Source: Lysobacterales bacterium
GTDB lineage: Bacteria; Pseudomonadota; Gammaproteobacteria; Xanthomonadales; Ahniellaceae
Direction: 5' to 3'
Assembly (NCBI GenBank): GCA_043753835.1
Contig: JAYUVY010000089.1
Coordinates: forward strand, 6,828 to 70,827
DNA length: 64,000 bases
Shown piece by piece: positions 36,103 to 46,003 of the stretch (positions are counted from its first letter, which is position 1; every line of letters begins with the position of its first letter). Both the position numbers and the translations under genes were made by a program. The notes under the pieces are model-generated. The model was not told the DNA's origin. It made no database searches and was given only the letters and a program-made list of their open reading frames with translations.

Positions 36103-37097
36103 TAACGAACCTCGGGAATTTGAAGATTCACGTGACTAGCAATGTTCAGTGCGAGTCGCTTGAAATCGAGGCGACAAGCCCGGACAGCATCCGTATGCGC
36201 ACCAATTACGCCATCTGACGCCTTCAATTCGAACATTGGTTTGCGCGCCTGCATGGCCAGAGGTGCGAGGCTCCGATAGTGCTTAAGGCTCGCGAGGTGA
36301 TATGGATCCTCGGCGATTGTTTTGCCGAAAGAATCCATCACAATATTTTCGTGAAATTCCGACGGGATGCGCGCCAGGAATCGCTCGTAGGCCTTGACGG
36401 GGCTTCCGTCTCGAAGTCCGAACTGCATCACAACGTATCCAGCAGGATGCATATCCCCGCTGGGTAGATTGAAATCCAGGTCTGTAGGTCGTTTTGCGAC
36501 ACGGTCGGCCCATTCGCTCCGCCATGCTTTGATTCGGGGCCCAAGATTTCGCAGTGCTTGAATCGAAAACAGGTCCGGGGCTAATGGGACCACGACGAAG
36601 TCGGCAGCGATCAATGCGGCGCGTGTTATCGCTCCCAGATTCGGGCCCAAATCAACGAGTGCCAATTGAGCGCCGGTGGCTGATCCGGCCATGGTTATTG
36701 CGCGGGAGAACGACGCGGTGAACCGCAGCGCCGACTCGTTTCCGCTGCTCGCCTGCATCCAGTCAATAGACATTCGGTCTTCGACCTGCGACAGGGCCAA
36801 GTCGCCAGGAAGCAATGAAAGACGTCGATTTACAGGCACTATCGGAGGAGGAAGAAGATCTCCTTTGCCGCGAATGAGCGGCTCAAGCATCCCGAAAATG
36901 CTGGCACGCGATCCACTGTCCGGCCAGATGCGTTGCAATCCAGCATCTGGCAGACACATGCTGGTCAGATTTGACTGCGGGTCGAGATCGACGCATACAG
37001 ATTCAATGCCAAGGTCGGCAAACATCCATGCGACGTGGTAAAGCAAGGTGGTCTTCCCTACGCCGCCCTTGTTGTTGAAGAAGGCAACAGTGATCAT
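36102..37097 (-). CDS. ParA/MinD-like deviant Walker-A ATPase with a ~100-aa C-terminal extension (no ParB partner)
   Basis: MITVAFFNNKGGVGKTTLLYHVA...VDLDPQSNLTS...ALVDLGPNLG. About 50-52 % GC in hand-counted lines, against ~62 % in accC. It shares an ATGA overlap with the upstream gene. Confidence 0.75.
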   Translation of the reverse strand: MITVAFFNNKGGVGKTTLLYHVAWMFADLGIESVCVDLDPQSNLTSMCLPDAGLQRIWPDSGSRASIFGMLEPLIRGKGDLLPPPIVPVNRRLSLLPGDLALSQVEDRMSIDWMQASSGNESALRFTASFSRAITMAGSATGAQLALVDLGPNLGAITRAALIAADFVVVPLAPDLFSIQALRNLGPRIKAWRSEWADRVAKRPTDLDFNLPSGDMHPAGYVVMQFGLRDGSPVKAYERFLARIPSEFHENIVMDSFGKTIAEDPYHLASLKHYRSLAPLAMQARKPMFELKASDGVIGAHTDAVRACRLDFKRLALNIASHVNLQIPEVR

Positions 37098-38287
37098 GCG
37101 CCGCGCGCAGCCATCGTGACGGCAAATTGACGATCGTCAGCAACAAACATCGCGGGCGCATGGCCGGCCTCGTTCAGTCGTCTCTGCGCTAGGCGAATTC
37201 CAGAGCCGTATCGATTGACATATCCAAGTGTCTTCATGGCCTCGGCGATGATTGGATTGCGATAGCTACTGCGAGTTTCCAACGTTTCCTTCGTAACTTC
37301 ACCTACCAGACCGCCTGGACTAATGATCTCTACCCGATCCAGAAACCAGTAGACGCGAATGGGTGTGTTCGATTGGTAGTCTCGATGCATGACAGCATTG
37401 TTGAATAGCTCGCTCAAGGCAACTTCAGGGTAGTCAGGTTGATAACGCTCAGCGATCCCGCCAGTACGGGCTACGGCAACTTGTATGCGCGCTCGAAACA
37501 GTTCTTGGACTTGCGAAACAACGCTTCTCAAGTCCCCCGACACTTCTCGCTCACTAATCGGCGAATCCGTCACGTCGGTGCTCGGCCACACTACGAACTG
37601 TACGTACGCCCCGGGTAAGAAGAATCTTGGGTTGATGCCGAACAACAGGAGCCCCGCATGCGTCGGGAGTTCCGCTCGCAAATCAAAGAAGCGAAGCGCT
37701 GCAAGCTGCTCACTGGGTGTTCGATGATTGGCCGCGATGATTTCGTCTGCAACCACGGCCGCGCGGTATTCCCCAAACAATCGCATTGACAAGTCTTCGT
37801 TCGCAGCGCCCTGACATGGCTCAGCGTCAAAGGATCTTGCCGAGATTGACCTTCGCTCGGACAGCATCCGTTCTTCTTGTTCCGTCGCAATCGCTTTGGA
37901 GGGCCCTACTCGAATCCAGACTCGACCCCGGTAATTCACTGGCGGCAATAACGCAGGTTCAACAGCGACGACTGCTACATCTCCGCCTTCGAAAGTATGT
38001 TTGCTAACGGTCATCGCGGGAAGGGGTTGGATATTTCCATCTCGACGCAATCCAGCAAGTCCCTCAAGTAAGCGCTCCGTGACGATCAAGCCTGAGGGCT
38101 GCCCGTTCTTGCGCACGCCGAGCAGCAAATAGCCGGGCTTGCGATGATTAGGAAAGTCATTCGCAAATGCACAGACGGCTTCACTGAACTTGTCCGTGTT
38201 TGTAGTTGATTCGGTGCGCTCGACGCGATCCGATTCCAAATCGGCCATCAACGCGAATACCTGATCGTCCGTAAGAGCGGCCATCAT
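37094..38287 (-). CDS. Schlafen-like AlbA_2 domain protein with a C-terminal HATPase_c_4-like domain
   Basis: N-terminal pattern DLESDRVERTES...EAVCAFANDFPNHRKPGYLLLGVRKNG...VWIRVGPS (AlbA_2-like). C-terminal pattern ELFNNAVMHRDYQSNTPIRVYWFLDRVEIISPGGL...YRNPIIAEAMKTLGYVNRYGSGI (HATPase_c_4-like). The start is 8 nt after the accC stop. Confidence 0.7.
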   Translation of the reverse strand: MMAALTDDQVFALMADLESDRVERTESTTNTDKFSEAVCAFANDFPNHRKPGYLLLGVRKNGQPSGLIVTERLLEGLAGLRRDGNIQPLPAMTVSKHTFEGGDVAVVAVEPALLPPVNYRGRVWIRVGPSKAIATEQEERMLSERRSISARSFDAEPCQGAANEDLSMRLFGEYRAAVVADEIIAANHRTPSEQLAALRFFDLRAELPTHAGLLLFGINPRFFLPGAYVQFVVWPSTDVTDSPISEREVSGDLRSVVSQVQELFRARIQVAVARTGGIAERYQPDYPEVALSELFNNAVMHRDYQSNTPIRVYWFLDRVEIISPGGLVGEVTKETLETRSSYRNPIIAEAMKTLGYVNRYGSGIRLAQRRLNEAGHAPAMFVADDRQFAVTMAARGA

Positions 38288-38295
38288 CTTGATCC

Positions 38296-39660
38296 CTACA
38301 AGCCGATCGGCTTGTCCTTGCGTTCGGCGATGCGTTTTTCGAGGTAGTGGATGTTCATGCCGCCGAGCTGGAAACCACGGTCGGCCAGGATGCGGCTTTG
38401 CAGCGGCACATTGGTCTTGATGCCGTCGATGACCATTTCCGCGAGCGCCACACGCATGCGCGCGATCGCGGTGGCGCGGTCGGCGCCGTGCACGATCAGC
38501 TTGCCGATCATCGAGTCATAGTTCGGCGGAATGCGGTAACCGTCGTAGATGTGCGTGTCGACGCGTACGCCCGGACCGCCTGGCGCATGGAAGCGCGTGA
38601 TCATGCCCGGGCTCGGCATGAAGGTGTCCGGGTCCTCGGCATTGATGCGGCATTCGATGGCGTGGCCACGCAACACGATGTCGCTCTGCTTGATCGACAG
38701 CTTCTCGCCGCCGGCGATCAGCAGTTGTTCGCGCACCAGATCGACGCCGGTAACGAACTCGGTCACCGGATGCTCGACCTGGATTCGGGTATTCATCTCG
38801 ATGAAATAGAAGCGCCCGTCCTGAAACAGGAACTCGAAGGTGCCGGCGCCGCGATAGCCGATGCGGATGCAGGCTTCGACGCAGACCGCGCCGATCTCGT
38901 CGCGCATCGCCGGGGTGATGCCGGGCGCGGGCGCTTCCTCGACCACCTTTTGATGGCGACGCTGCATCGAGCAGTCGCGCTCGCCCAGATGGATGGCATT
39001 GCCCTGGCCGTCGGCGAGCACCTGGATCTCGATATGGCGCGGGTTCTCGAGGAATTTCTCCATGTACACCATGTCGTTGCCGAACGCGGCCTTGGCTTCG
39101 GCCTTCGTGGTGCTGATGGCGTTGTGCAGCGTCGATTCGGTATGCACGACGCGCATGCCGCGACCGCCGCCGCCGCCTGCGGCCTTGATGATCACCGGAT
39201 AGCCGATGTCGCGCGCATGGCGCGAATTCTCGTCCGGGTCGTCGCCGAGCGGACCGCCGGAGCCCGGCACGCAGGGCACGCCGGCCGCCTTCATGGCGCG
39301 GATCGCCTCGACCTTGTCACCCATCAAGCGGATGACTTCCGCGGTCGGGCCGATAAACACGAAGCCGGACTTCTCGACGCGCTCGGCGAAGTCGGCGTTC
39401 TCGCTCAGAAACCCGTAGCCGGGATGAATTGCTTCGGCATCGGTCACTTCCGCCGCGGCAATGATGCGCGGGATGTTCAGATAACTTTCGCTGGCCGGGG
39501 CCGGGCCGATGCAGACCGATTCATCGGCCATGCCGACATGCTTCAGATTGCGGTCGACCGTGGAATGCACTGCCACCGTCTTGATGCCGAGCGCATGGCA
39601 GGCGCGCAGCACGCGGAGCGCGATTTCGCCGCGATTGGCGATGACGACTTTGTCGAGCAT
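38296..39660 (-). CDS. accC: acetyl-CoA carboxylase biotin carboxylase subunit
   Basis: [33 protein letters not shown] and the full ATP-grasp architecture. Confidence 0.93.
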   Translation of the reverse strand: MLDKVVIANRGEIALRVLRACHALGIKTVAVHSTVDRNLKHVGMADESVCIGPAPASESYLNIPRIIAAAEVTDAEAIHPGYGFLSENADFAERVEKSGFVFIGPTAEVIRLMGDKVEAIRAMKAAGVPCVPGSGGPLGDDPDENSRHARDIGYPVIIKAAGGGGGRGMRVVHTESTLHNAISTTKAEAKAAFGNDMVYMEKFLENPRHIEIQVLADGQGNAIHLGERDCSMQRRHQKVVEEAPAPGITPAMRDEIGAVCVEACIRIGYRGAGTFEFLFQDGRFYFIEMNTRIQVEHPVTEFVTGVDLVREQLLIAGGEKLSIKQSDIVLRGHAIECRINAEDPDTFMPSPGMITRFHAPGGPGVRVDTHIYDGYRIPPNYDSMIGKLIVHGADRATAIARMRVALAEMVIDGIKTNVPLQSRILADRGFQLGGMNIHYLEKRIAERKDKPIGL

Positions 39661-39670
39661 CTGGGCGCGC

Positions 39671-40147
39671 TCAGCTGATCACGAACATGGGTTCGTCGAA
39701 TTCGACCGGCTGACCACTGGTCGCGAGGATCGCCGTCAGCGTGCCGGAAAAATCGGCTTCGATCTGGTTGAACATCTTCATCGCTTCGATGATGCCGAGC
39801 ACGTCACCGGCCTTCACCTGTTGTCCGATCTTGACGAAGGCTGGCGCTTCCGGGTTCGCCGAGCCGTAATAGGTGCCGACCATCGGTGCGCGGATCACAT
39901 GGCCGTCCGGCAGTTCGCGTCCGCCACTGTGGCCACTCTCCGCATGCGCGTGATGCTTGCCGGCGCTCGGGCGCTGTTCGACGTGCACATGGGTGACCGG
40001 AGCGGCCTGCTGGGGGGCGGCCATCATCGGCATGTTCTTGGGAAAGCGCGCCAGGCGCACCACTTCCTCGCCTTCCTTGATTTCCAGCTCGCTCAGGTTG
40101 CTCGCTTCGAGCAGGTCGATGAGTTTCTTGATCTTGCGCAGATCCAT
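39671..40147 (-). CDS. accB: acetyl-CoA carboxylase biotin carboxyl carrier protein
   Basis: The internal ATG follows GGGAG and gives [23 protein letters not shown]. Biotinylation motif [11 protein letters not shown]. Confidence 0.9.
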   Translation of the reverse strand: MDLRKIKKLIDLLEASNLSELEIKEGEEVVRLARFPKNMPMMAAPQQAAPVTHVHVEQRPSAGKHHAHAESGHSGGRELPDGHVIRAPMVGTYYGSANPEAPAFVKIGQQVKAGDVLGIIEAMKMFNQIEADFSGTLTAILATSGQPVEFDEPMFVIS

Positions 40148-40209
40148 GGTCTTGCTCCCTCGTTTGGCCTGGGCTTTGGGCTCAGGTCCGCGTTTGTTGG
40201 TAGCCATAT

Positions 40210-40659
40210 CTATTTGCCCGCTGCGAGGCGCCGAAGCGCCGCATTCAGGGCCATGTCGTAGCCGTCCGTGCCGAAGCCGACGATCACGCCAGCAGCGCGA
40301 TCGGAAAACAGCGAGCGGTGGCGGAAGGGTTCGCGTGCATGCACATTGGAGACATGGACTTCGATGAACGGGATGTCTGCCGCGATGATCGCGTCACGCA
40401 AGGCGACACTCTGGTGGGTGAATGCACCCGGATTGATCACGATGAAGGCAGTTTGGTCGGTTCTTGCGGCGTGAAGTCGTTCGATCAGCGCCAGTTCGCT
40501 GTTGGACTGCAGGTGTTCAACGGTATGGCCGGCCGCGTTGGCCAGCGCCTGCGCATGCGCCTGAACCTCGGCCAGCGTGGTGGCGCCATAGAGCTGTGGT
40601 TCGCGCTGACCAAGCAAATTCAAGTTCGGGCCGTTGAGCAACAGGATCTTCGCCACCAA
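40210..40659 (-). CDS. aroQ: type II 3-dehydroquinate dehydratase
   Basis: [21 protein letters not shown]...[16 protein letters not shown]...[15 protein letters not shown]. Confidence 0.92.
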   Translation of the reverse strand: MVAKILLLNGPNLNLLGQREPQLYGATTLAEVQAHAQALANAAGHTVEHLQSNSELALIERLHAARTDQTAFIVINPGAFTHQSVALRDAIIAADIPFIEVHVSNVHAREPFRHRSLFSDRAAGVIVGFGTDGYDMALNAALRRLAAGK

Positions 40660-40801
40660 CCGCCTCCGTCAGAGCGGCGTAGTCTGCAAGCCAAAGCCCG
40701 ATCTGTCCAGTTAGCAGCGTGATCGCCGCCGATTCGCGCCGAAATGCCGCTTGAAACGTGCGTTTGATGCGTATGGTGTCGCTCGACTGCGACTGCGGGA
40801 C

Positions 40802-41203
40802 TCAGATCACCAGAAAGGCGACGTCGGTATGCGTGGCGACGAGACCTTGGTCAAGCGTCGCCAGCTTCAATTCGTGGTGGCGCGCCAGACCGGCCAGATA
40901 GGCGTCGGTGATCTGTTGGTGGCCAAGCGTCATGCGCCAATCGGCGCTGCGTACATCGATATCGGCCGGGATGAAAAAATGCCGCCGATCGCTGCAAATG
41001 CTCTCCAGTACCGCACCGATCTGGTGAATGCTGATGTCACGTCGGAGCTGTTTAACAATGCGCAGAAAGCCCAATTGCGTCAGTGGACAGGTGGCAAATC
41101 GGTCGTCGTTTGTCGACAGCCAGCGTTCTGCAATCGTGTTGTGCACATGATCGGTCAGCCCCAGCGCCAGCAGCACGCTGGTGTCCAGCAGGTAATCGGG
41201 CAT
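40802..41203 (-). CDS. vapC: PIN-domain type II toxin VapC
   Basis: MPDYLLDTSVLLAL... N-terminal acidic PIN motif; LATLDQG near the C-terminus. It overlaps the antitoxin stop by 1 nt (TAATG). Confidence 0.8.
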   Translation of the reverse strand: MPDYLLDTSVLLALGLTDHVHNTIAERWLSTNDDRFATCPLTQLGFLRIVKQLRRDISIHQIGAVLESICSDRRHFFIPADIDVRSADWRMTLGHQQITDAYLAGLARHHELKLATLDQGLVATHTDVAFLVI

Positions 41204-41430
41204 TACTCGTCCAGCGCCTTGAGTTCTGCAGTGGTCACCGGGCGCCCGATCGCCAATTTGAGAAAGCCCGTCACCGGACTCTGGATGAGTCCGGTTTTCG
41301 CGTCGGTGTCGAGCCCAAGGGCCTTGTCGCTCAGCGCCAGCAGCAGAGCGCCGAGATTCATGCCGCGGGCCTGCGCCAATTGCTTGAGTCGGCGGTGGGC
41401 CTGATCTGGAATGTCAATCGTGGTGCGCAT
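41203..41430 (-). CDS. vapB: VapB-type antitoxin (MRTTIDIPD family)
   Basis: The last 75 codons of track ORF 41203..42483: MRTTIDIPDQAHRRLKQLAQARGMNLGALLLALSDKAL. The rest of that ORF is antisense to the MFS gene. Confidence 0.7.
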   Translation of the reverse strand: MRTTIDIPDQAHRRLKQLAQARGMNLGALLLALSDKALGLDTDAKTGLIQSPVTGFLKLAIGRPVTTAELKALDE

Positions 41431-41610
41431 GAGATGACTCGTTTGATGCGGTCGCATCATGATGCGAGTTGCGCCAAGGGTCAACGCTGAAGCGTCCTGC
41501 GGTCGATGCGCCTGGTCGCTGATTTCGCGACTTGCGCCGTTCGCACCCGGACGGCGTAGCCCGTGGTGAGTTGGGCTTGCTAAGGTCGGCGGCATTCCGC
41601 TGGAGCCTGC

Positions 41611-43500
41611 ATGAGCACGTCGAACCAATTCGCGTTGTTGAAGGAACGCCGCTTTCTGCCGTTTTTCCTGACCCAGGCGCTCGGGGCGTTCAACGACAAC
41701 GTGTTCAAGCAGGCGCTGATCGTGCTCATCACGTTCGTGATGGTTGGGCTGAATGCCGAGCAGGAGCACGAACTGACGAATCTGGCGGCGGCGTTGTTCA
41801 TCCTGCCGTTTTTCCTGTTCTCGGCGACTTCGGGCCAGTTGTCGGACAAATTCGACAAGGCGCGGCTGGCGCAGGCGGTAAAGGTGCTGGAACTGGTGAT
41901 CATGTCTGTCGCCGCGGTCGGGTTCATGCAGCAGAGCATTCCGTTGTTGCTGGGCTTGCTGTTCATGATGGGCGTGCATTCGACCCTGTTCGGCCCGCTC
42001 AAGTACGGCATCCTGCCGCAGGTGCTCGATCAAAAAGAGCTGGTCGGCGGCAATGGTCTGATTGAAATGGCGACCTTTCTCGCCATCCTGCTCGGCACCC
42101 TGCTCGGCACCGGGCTGATCCAGATTGAGGGCAGTGGGCCAATGTGGGTGGCGGTCGCAGCGATCGTCTTTGCCGTGCTCGGTCTCGGCACATCGCTGGC
42201 GATGCCGCCGGCGGCGCGCATCGACCCGGACCTGAAAATCAACTGGAACATCCCGCAGGAAACCTGGCGCACACTGAAGTTGCTCAGCGAAAACCGGGTG
42301 GTGTTTCTGTCCTGCCTCGGCATTTCCTGGTTCTGGTTCTTCGGCGCGGTGTATTTCACGCAGCTGCCGGTGTATGCGAAACAGGTGCTCGGCGGCGCGC
42401 CCGGCGTGTACACGGCGCTGCTGGCGCTGTTTTCGATCGGTATCGGACTCGGCTCGATCTTGTGTGAACGTCTTTCCGGACACAAGGTCGAGATCGGACT
42501 GGTGCCGTTCGGGGCGATCGGCATGACCTTGTTCGGCGTCGATCTGTTCTTCGCCTGGCCCAACAGCGTCGGCGAACTCGGCCGGCCGCTGCGCGCATTT
42601 ATTGCCGAGCCCGCGGCCTGGCGAGTCCTGTTCGATCTGGTCGGCATGGCGGTGTTCAGCGGCTTCTTCATCGTGCCGCTGTTCGCGCTGATCCAGACGC
42701 GTTCAGATCCGAAGCGGCGCTCACGCATCATCGCCGGGAACAACATTCTCAATGCGCTGTTCATGGTTGTCGCCTCGGTATTTGCGGTCGTGCTCGTCAA
42801 CCAGTTCAAGTTCACGATCCCGCAACTGTTGCTGACGACGGCGATCCTGAATGCACTGGTGGCGATCTACATCTTCACCCTGGTGCCCGAATTCCTGATG
42901 CGGTTTCTGACCTGGATCATCATCAACACCCTGTACCGGTTGAAGATCGACGGTCTCGACCAAGTGCCCGACGAAGGGCCGTGCGTCGTCGTCTGCAACC
43001 ATGTCAGCTTCGTCGACGCGCTGATCGTCGGCGGCACGGTGCGTCGTCCGATCCGTTTCGTGATGGACCACGGCATCTTCAAGATTCCGGTACTGAGTTT
43101 CATCTTCCGCACCGCGAAGGCGATACCGATCGCGTCGGCCAAGGTCGATCCGGAGATGCTCGAGCGCGCCTATGCCGCGATCGACCAGGCGCTCGCGGAA
43201 GGCGAAGTGGTCTGCATCTTTCCGGAAGGTGCGATCACCCGCAGCGGCGACATGCTGCCGTTCCGTCCCGGCATCGAACGCATCCTTGCGGCACGCCCGG
43301 TACCGGTCGTGCCGATCGCGCTGCGCGGCCTCTGGGGTTCGCTGTTCTCGCGCAAGGACTCCGCACTCGGCCGCACCCGCCTGCCGCGCCGCTTCTGGTC
43401 GCGTATCGCGATGGTCGTCGGCGCCCCGCTCGCACCCGCCGACGTGACGGCCGCTGCGCTCGAAGCGAAGGTGCGTGAGCTGCGTGGTGATTGGGCTTGA
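41611..43500 (+). CDS. fusion of an MFS lysophospholipid-transporter-like domain (LplT-like) with a PlsC-type acyltransferase domain
   Basis: The N-terminal ~400 aa form a 12-TM MFS domain (RRFLPFFLTQALGAFNDNVFKQAL). The C-terminal part has the acyltransferase motifs CNHVSFVDALIVGG (HX4D) and IFPEGAITRSG. Confidence 0.8.
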   Translation: MSTSNQFALLKERRFLPFFLTQALGAFNDNVFKQALIVLITFVMVGLNAEQEHELTNLAAALFILPFFLFSATSGQLSDKFDKARLAQAVKVLELVIMSVAAVGFMQQSIPLLLGLLFMMGVHSTLFGPLKYGILPQVLDQKELVGGNGLIEMATFLAILLGTLLGTGLIQIEGSGPMWVAVAAIVFAVLGLGTSLAMPPAARIDPDLKINWNIPQETWRTLKLLSENRVVFLSCLGISWFWFFGAVYFTQLPVYAKQVLGGAPGVYTALLALFSIGIGLGSILCERLSGHKVEIGLVPFGAIGMTLFGVDLFFAWPNSVGELGRPLRAFIAEPAAWRVLFDLVGMAVFSGFFIVPLFALIQTRSDPKRRSRIIAGNNILNALFMVVASVFAVVLVNQFKFTIPQLLLTTAILNALVAIYIFTLVPEFLMRFLTWIIINTLYRLKIDGLDQVPDEGPCVVVCNHVSFVDALIVGGTVRRPIRFVMDHGIFKIPVLSFIFRTAKAIPIASAKVDPEMLERAYAAIDQALAEGEVVCIFPEGAITRSGDMLPFRPGIERILAARPVPVVPIALRGLWGSLFSRKDSALGRTRLPRRFWSRIAMVVGAPLAPADVTAAALEAKVRELRGDWA

Positions 43501-43554
43501 GTCCGGTCGCGTTGGTCTATACTTCGGTCTAGACCAAAGTTCGGAGGGTCGACC

Positions 43555-43809
43555 ATGCGCCAGACCGCGAAGCTGTTCAACAATGGCCGTAGCCAAGCCG
43601 TGCGCTTGCCGGCGGCGTTCCGGTTCGAGGGCACTGAAGTGTTCGTGCGTCGTGATCCGGCAAGTGGCGATGTGATTCTGTCTTCCAGGCCGGATACATG
43701 GGATGGTTTTTTCGCCGCCTTGAAAGGAGCGAATTTTCCGGATGACTTCCTGAGTCCCGAGGAACGGAAAGTGATCGAGACTGATCGCGATCCGTTTGCG
43801 GACGAATAG
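43555..43809 (+). CDS. vapB: AbrB/SpoVT-fold antitoxin (VapB/VagC-like)
   Basis: MRQTAKLFNNGRSQAVRLPAAFRFEGTEVFVRRDPASGDVILS. It sits directly upstream of a PIN gene. Confidence 0.8.
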   Translation: MRQTAKLFNNGRSQAVRLPAAFRFEGTEVFVRRDPASGDVILSSRPDTWDGFFAALKGANFPDDFLSPEERKVIETDRDPFADE

Positions 43810-43811
43810 CG

Positions 43812-44216
43812 GTGCGCCGATACCTGCTCGACACCAACACCGTCAGTTTGTTGGTGCGAGAAAATCTTGGAATCCTTCGGCGCATCGCACGGCAGCCGAC
43901 CTCGTCGATCACAGTGTCGTCGATCAGCGTCGGCGAACTCATGTTTGGACTGGCGAAGCGCGGTTACGCCACGCGCTGGTCGGTTGCCACCGAAGCGTTC
44001 CTGCGTCGCGTCGAAATCATGAGTTGGGATGAGTCGGCCGCACGACGATACGGCGATCTGCGCGCCGAACTTGAGCGAGCGGGGAAATCACTGTCGGCGC
44101 TCGATACGCAAATCGCTGCGCACGCGCTCGCGCTTGACATGATTCTCGTCACGCACGACATCGCCTTCCGCAACGTGCCTGGTTTACGGGTCGAAGATTG
44201 GTCGGACGGGCAATAG
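43812..44216 (+). CDS. vapC: PIN-domain type II toxin VapC
   Basis: RRYLLDTNTVSLLVR...ISVGELMFG...LDTQIAAHALALDMILVTHD. Confidence 0.85.
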   Translation: MRRYLLDTNTVSLLVRENLGILRRIARQPTSSITVSSISVGELMFGLAKRGYATRWSVATEAFLRRVEIMSWDESAARRYGDLRAELERAGKSLSALDTQIAAHALALDMILVTHDIAFRNVPGLRVEDWSDGQ

Positions 44217-44243
44217 CCCTGATCGCGCTGCAAATGCGCGCAA

Positions 44244-45206
44244 TCAGCTCAGCGTGTAAGTCAGCCGCGCCCGCACTTCGTCGACGATCGCCGGCAATTC
44301 GCGTAGTGGCGGGCGTGGCCAGCCTTTGGCGCCGAGGTCGTGCAGCAAGCCGCGTTCGCGCAGCGCGCCATGGAAGCGTTGCAGCTTGCCCTTGAGTGGC
44401 TGGGTCAGCACCGTGTGTACCGGCACGCCAACGGCGCAGGCCTCGGAGAGCATGTTCACCGAGTCGGGCGAGACGACGATGCGATCGGCATAGGCGAGCA
44501 GGGCCGGATAGGGATTGCGACCATCGCGGTCGTCGAGCCAGAGCAGGGCCTCCATGCGCTGGGCTTTCTGGCGGATCAATTCACGCAATGCAGTCGGTGT
44601 GCGACGTGACGCGCTGATCGCCAACGTCTGCGGACGCGCATCGCGTTCGGCGGCGAGTCGGTCGAACAGGCGTTCAACCCAGTGCCGGTCGAGCGCATGC
44701 GTGCGGTTCGGTCCACCAATCAACACGCTGGTCCACGGCCTCGGACGATCGGCGAACTCCGGAAAATCGATGCGTGCCTGCGACAGCCAGTGTTCGTTCA
44801 CGGGATGCAGGGCGCCGAGTGTGCGCAGCACCTTCGGACCAGCAAGGCCATCGTGTTCGGGCGCTATGACCAGATCGAAATCATCGAGCGCACAGCGTGG
44901 GTCAAGAATTTGCAGTGTGAATACCTTGTCGCCGTGCAAGCGTTTGAGTGCCCGCACCGCGAGCGCCGACTGACGCCCGCAGCCGATTGCCAGCATCGGC
45001 GTCGATGCGCTTCGCAGTGCAGAGGGAAGGTGCGCGATCGCACTGCGCGGTGCATGTGGTGCCAGCAATTTCATCAGCGGCGGGAACGCGATGTCGACGT
45101 GCGTTGCGTCGACGCGCAACGCGAGCGCGAGTGCAATCGCCTGACGCCGATTGCCGGCGGCGTGGTCGCTGATCGAGATGACGCTGGCAAATCGCCCGGA
45201 ATTCAT
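44244..45206 (-). CDS. ELM1/DUF1022-family (mitochondrial fission ELM1-like) protein
   Basis: The internal ATG at 45206 is the likely start. [19 protein letters not shown]...[15 protein letters not shown]...DLVIAPEHD...LIGGPN...SRRTP...[14 protein letters not shown]. Confidence 0.7.
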   Translation of the reverse strand: MNSGRFASVISISDHAAGNRRQAIALALALRVDATHVDIAFPPLMKLLAPHAPRSAIAHLPSALRSASTPMLAIGCGRQSALAVRALKRLHGDKVFTLQILDPRCALDDFDLVIAPEHDGLAGPKVLRTLGALHPVNEHWLSQARIDFPEFADRPRPWTSVLIGGPNRTHALDRHWVERLFDRLAAERDARPQTLAISASRRTPTALRELIRQKAQRMEALLWLDDRDGRNPYPALLAYADRIVVSPDSVNMLSEACAVGVPVHTVLTQPLKGKLQRFHGALRERGLLHDLGAKGWPRPPLRELPAIVDEVRARLTYTLS

Positions 45207-45339
45207 GAGCGCGAGCCTAGCCACACCGGCGTCTGCGGCAAAGCCTTGCACGCCTGCAAGGCACGATTGCGCACCGATACCTTGCACAAATGGCGTGCTG
45301 CCCCGAATCTTCGCCGCCAGCAAACCGTCGGAGCAAGTC

Positions 45340-45960
45340 TTGAACCAGTCCACGTTGAACCAGCCGTTGTCGCAAGAAGCACTGAACCAGTTGTTCCTGG
45401 AAGCGCGCACGTTTGCGACCAGTCCGAACCCGTGGCAGAACCGCGCCGTGGGGGATGCGCTGCTCGAAGAGATCTGGAATCTGGCGCGCATGGGGCCGAC
45501 CTCGGCCAATATGTCGCCGATGCGCGTGGTCTTCGTGCGCTCGCCGGAAGCCAAAGCCAAGCTCAAGCCGGCACTGGACGCCGGCAACCTCGACAAGACC
45601 ATGAATGCGCCGGTGACGGCGATTGTCGCGATGGACATGACCTTCTACGAGAAGCTGCCGTACCTGTTCCCGCACGCCGACGCACGCAGCTGGTTTGCCG
45701 GCAAGTCCGACGCCGAGTTGATGCCCGCCGTGATGCGCAATGCGTCCTTGCAGGCGGCGTATCTGATCATCGCCGCTCGCGCGCTGGGGCTTGATTGCGG
45801 GCCGATGTCCGGCTTCAGCAATGACCAGGTCGATGCCGCCTTCTTCGCCGGAACCACGATCAAGTCGAATTTCCTGATCAACCTCGGTTATGGCCGCCGC
45901 GACACCCTGCATCCACGCAGCCCGCGCCTTGCTTTCGCCGACGCCTGCAGCATCGTCTGA
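45340..45960 (+). CDS. nitroreductase-family protein, malonic semialdehyde reductase RutE-like
   Basis: Proposed TTG start 6 nt after [24 protein letters not shown]...[17 protein letters not shown]...GPMSGF...NFLINLGYG. Confidence 0.75.
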   Translation: MNQSTLNQPLSQEALNQLFLEARTFATSPNPWQNRAVGDALLEEIWNLARMGPTSANMSPMRVVFVRSPEAKAKLKPALDAGNLDKTMNAPVTAIVAMDMTFYEKLPYLFPHADARSWFAGKSDAELMPAVMRNASLQAAYLIIAARALGLDCGPMSGFSNDQVDAAFFAGTTIKSNFLINLGYGRRDTLHPRSPRLAFADACSIV

Positions 45961-46003
45961 CCCGACCCGCTCTGACTGCCACCCCATCCCCTGGAGACCG
46001 CAT

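Noticed and set aside
34720-36105. 461-aa plus-strand ORF
   Set aside because: It is antisense to the zinc-ribbon gene and prmA, with shadow-ORF composition.
36102-37097. ParA-like gene as a chromosome or plasmid partition locus
   Set aside because: No parB/centromere-binding gene and no iterated parS-like repeats are nearby. It sits inside a housekeeping operon far from any replication origin features. It is therefore treated as part of the novel two-gene module instead.
41431-42483. N-terminal 350 codons of the 426-aa minus-strand ORF 41203..42483
   Set aside because: They are antisense to the MFS/acyltransferase gene and Arg/Gln/His-rich. Only the last 75 codons, starting at the internal ATG at 41430, form a convincing VapB antitoxin coupled to vapC.
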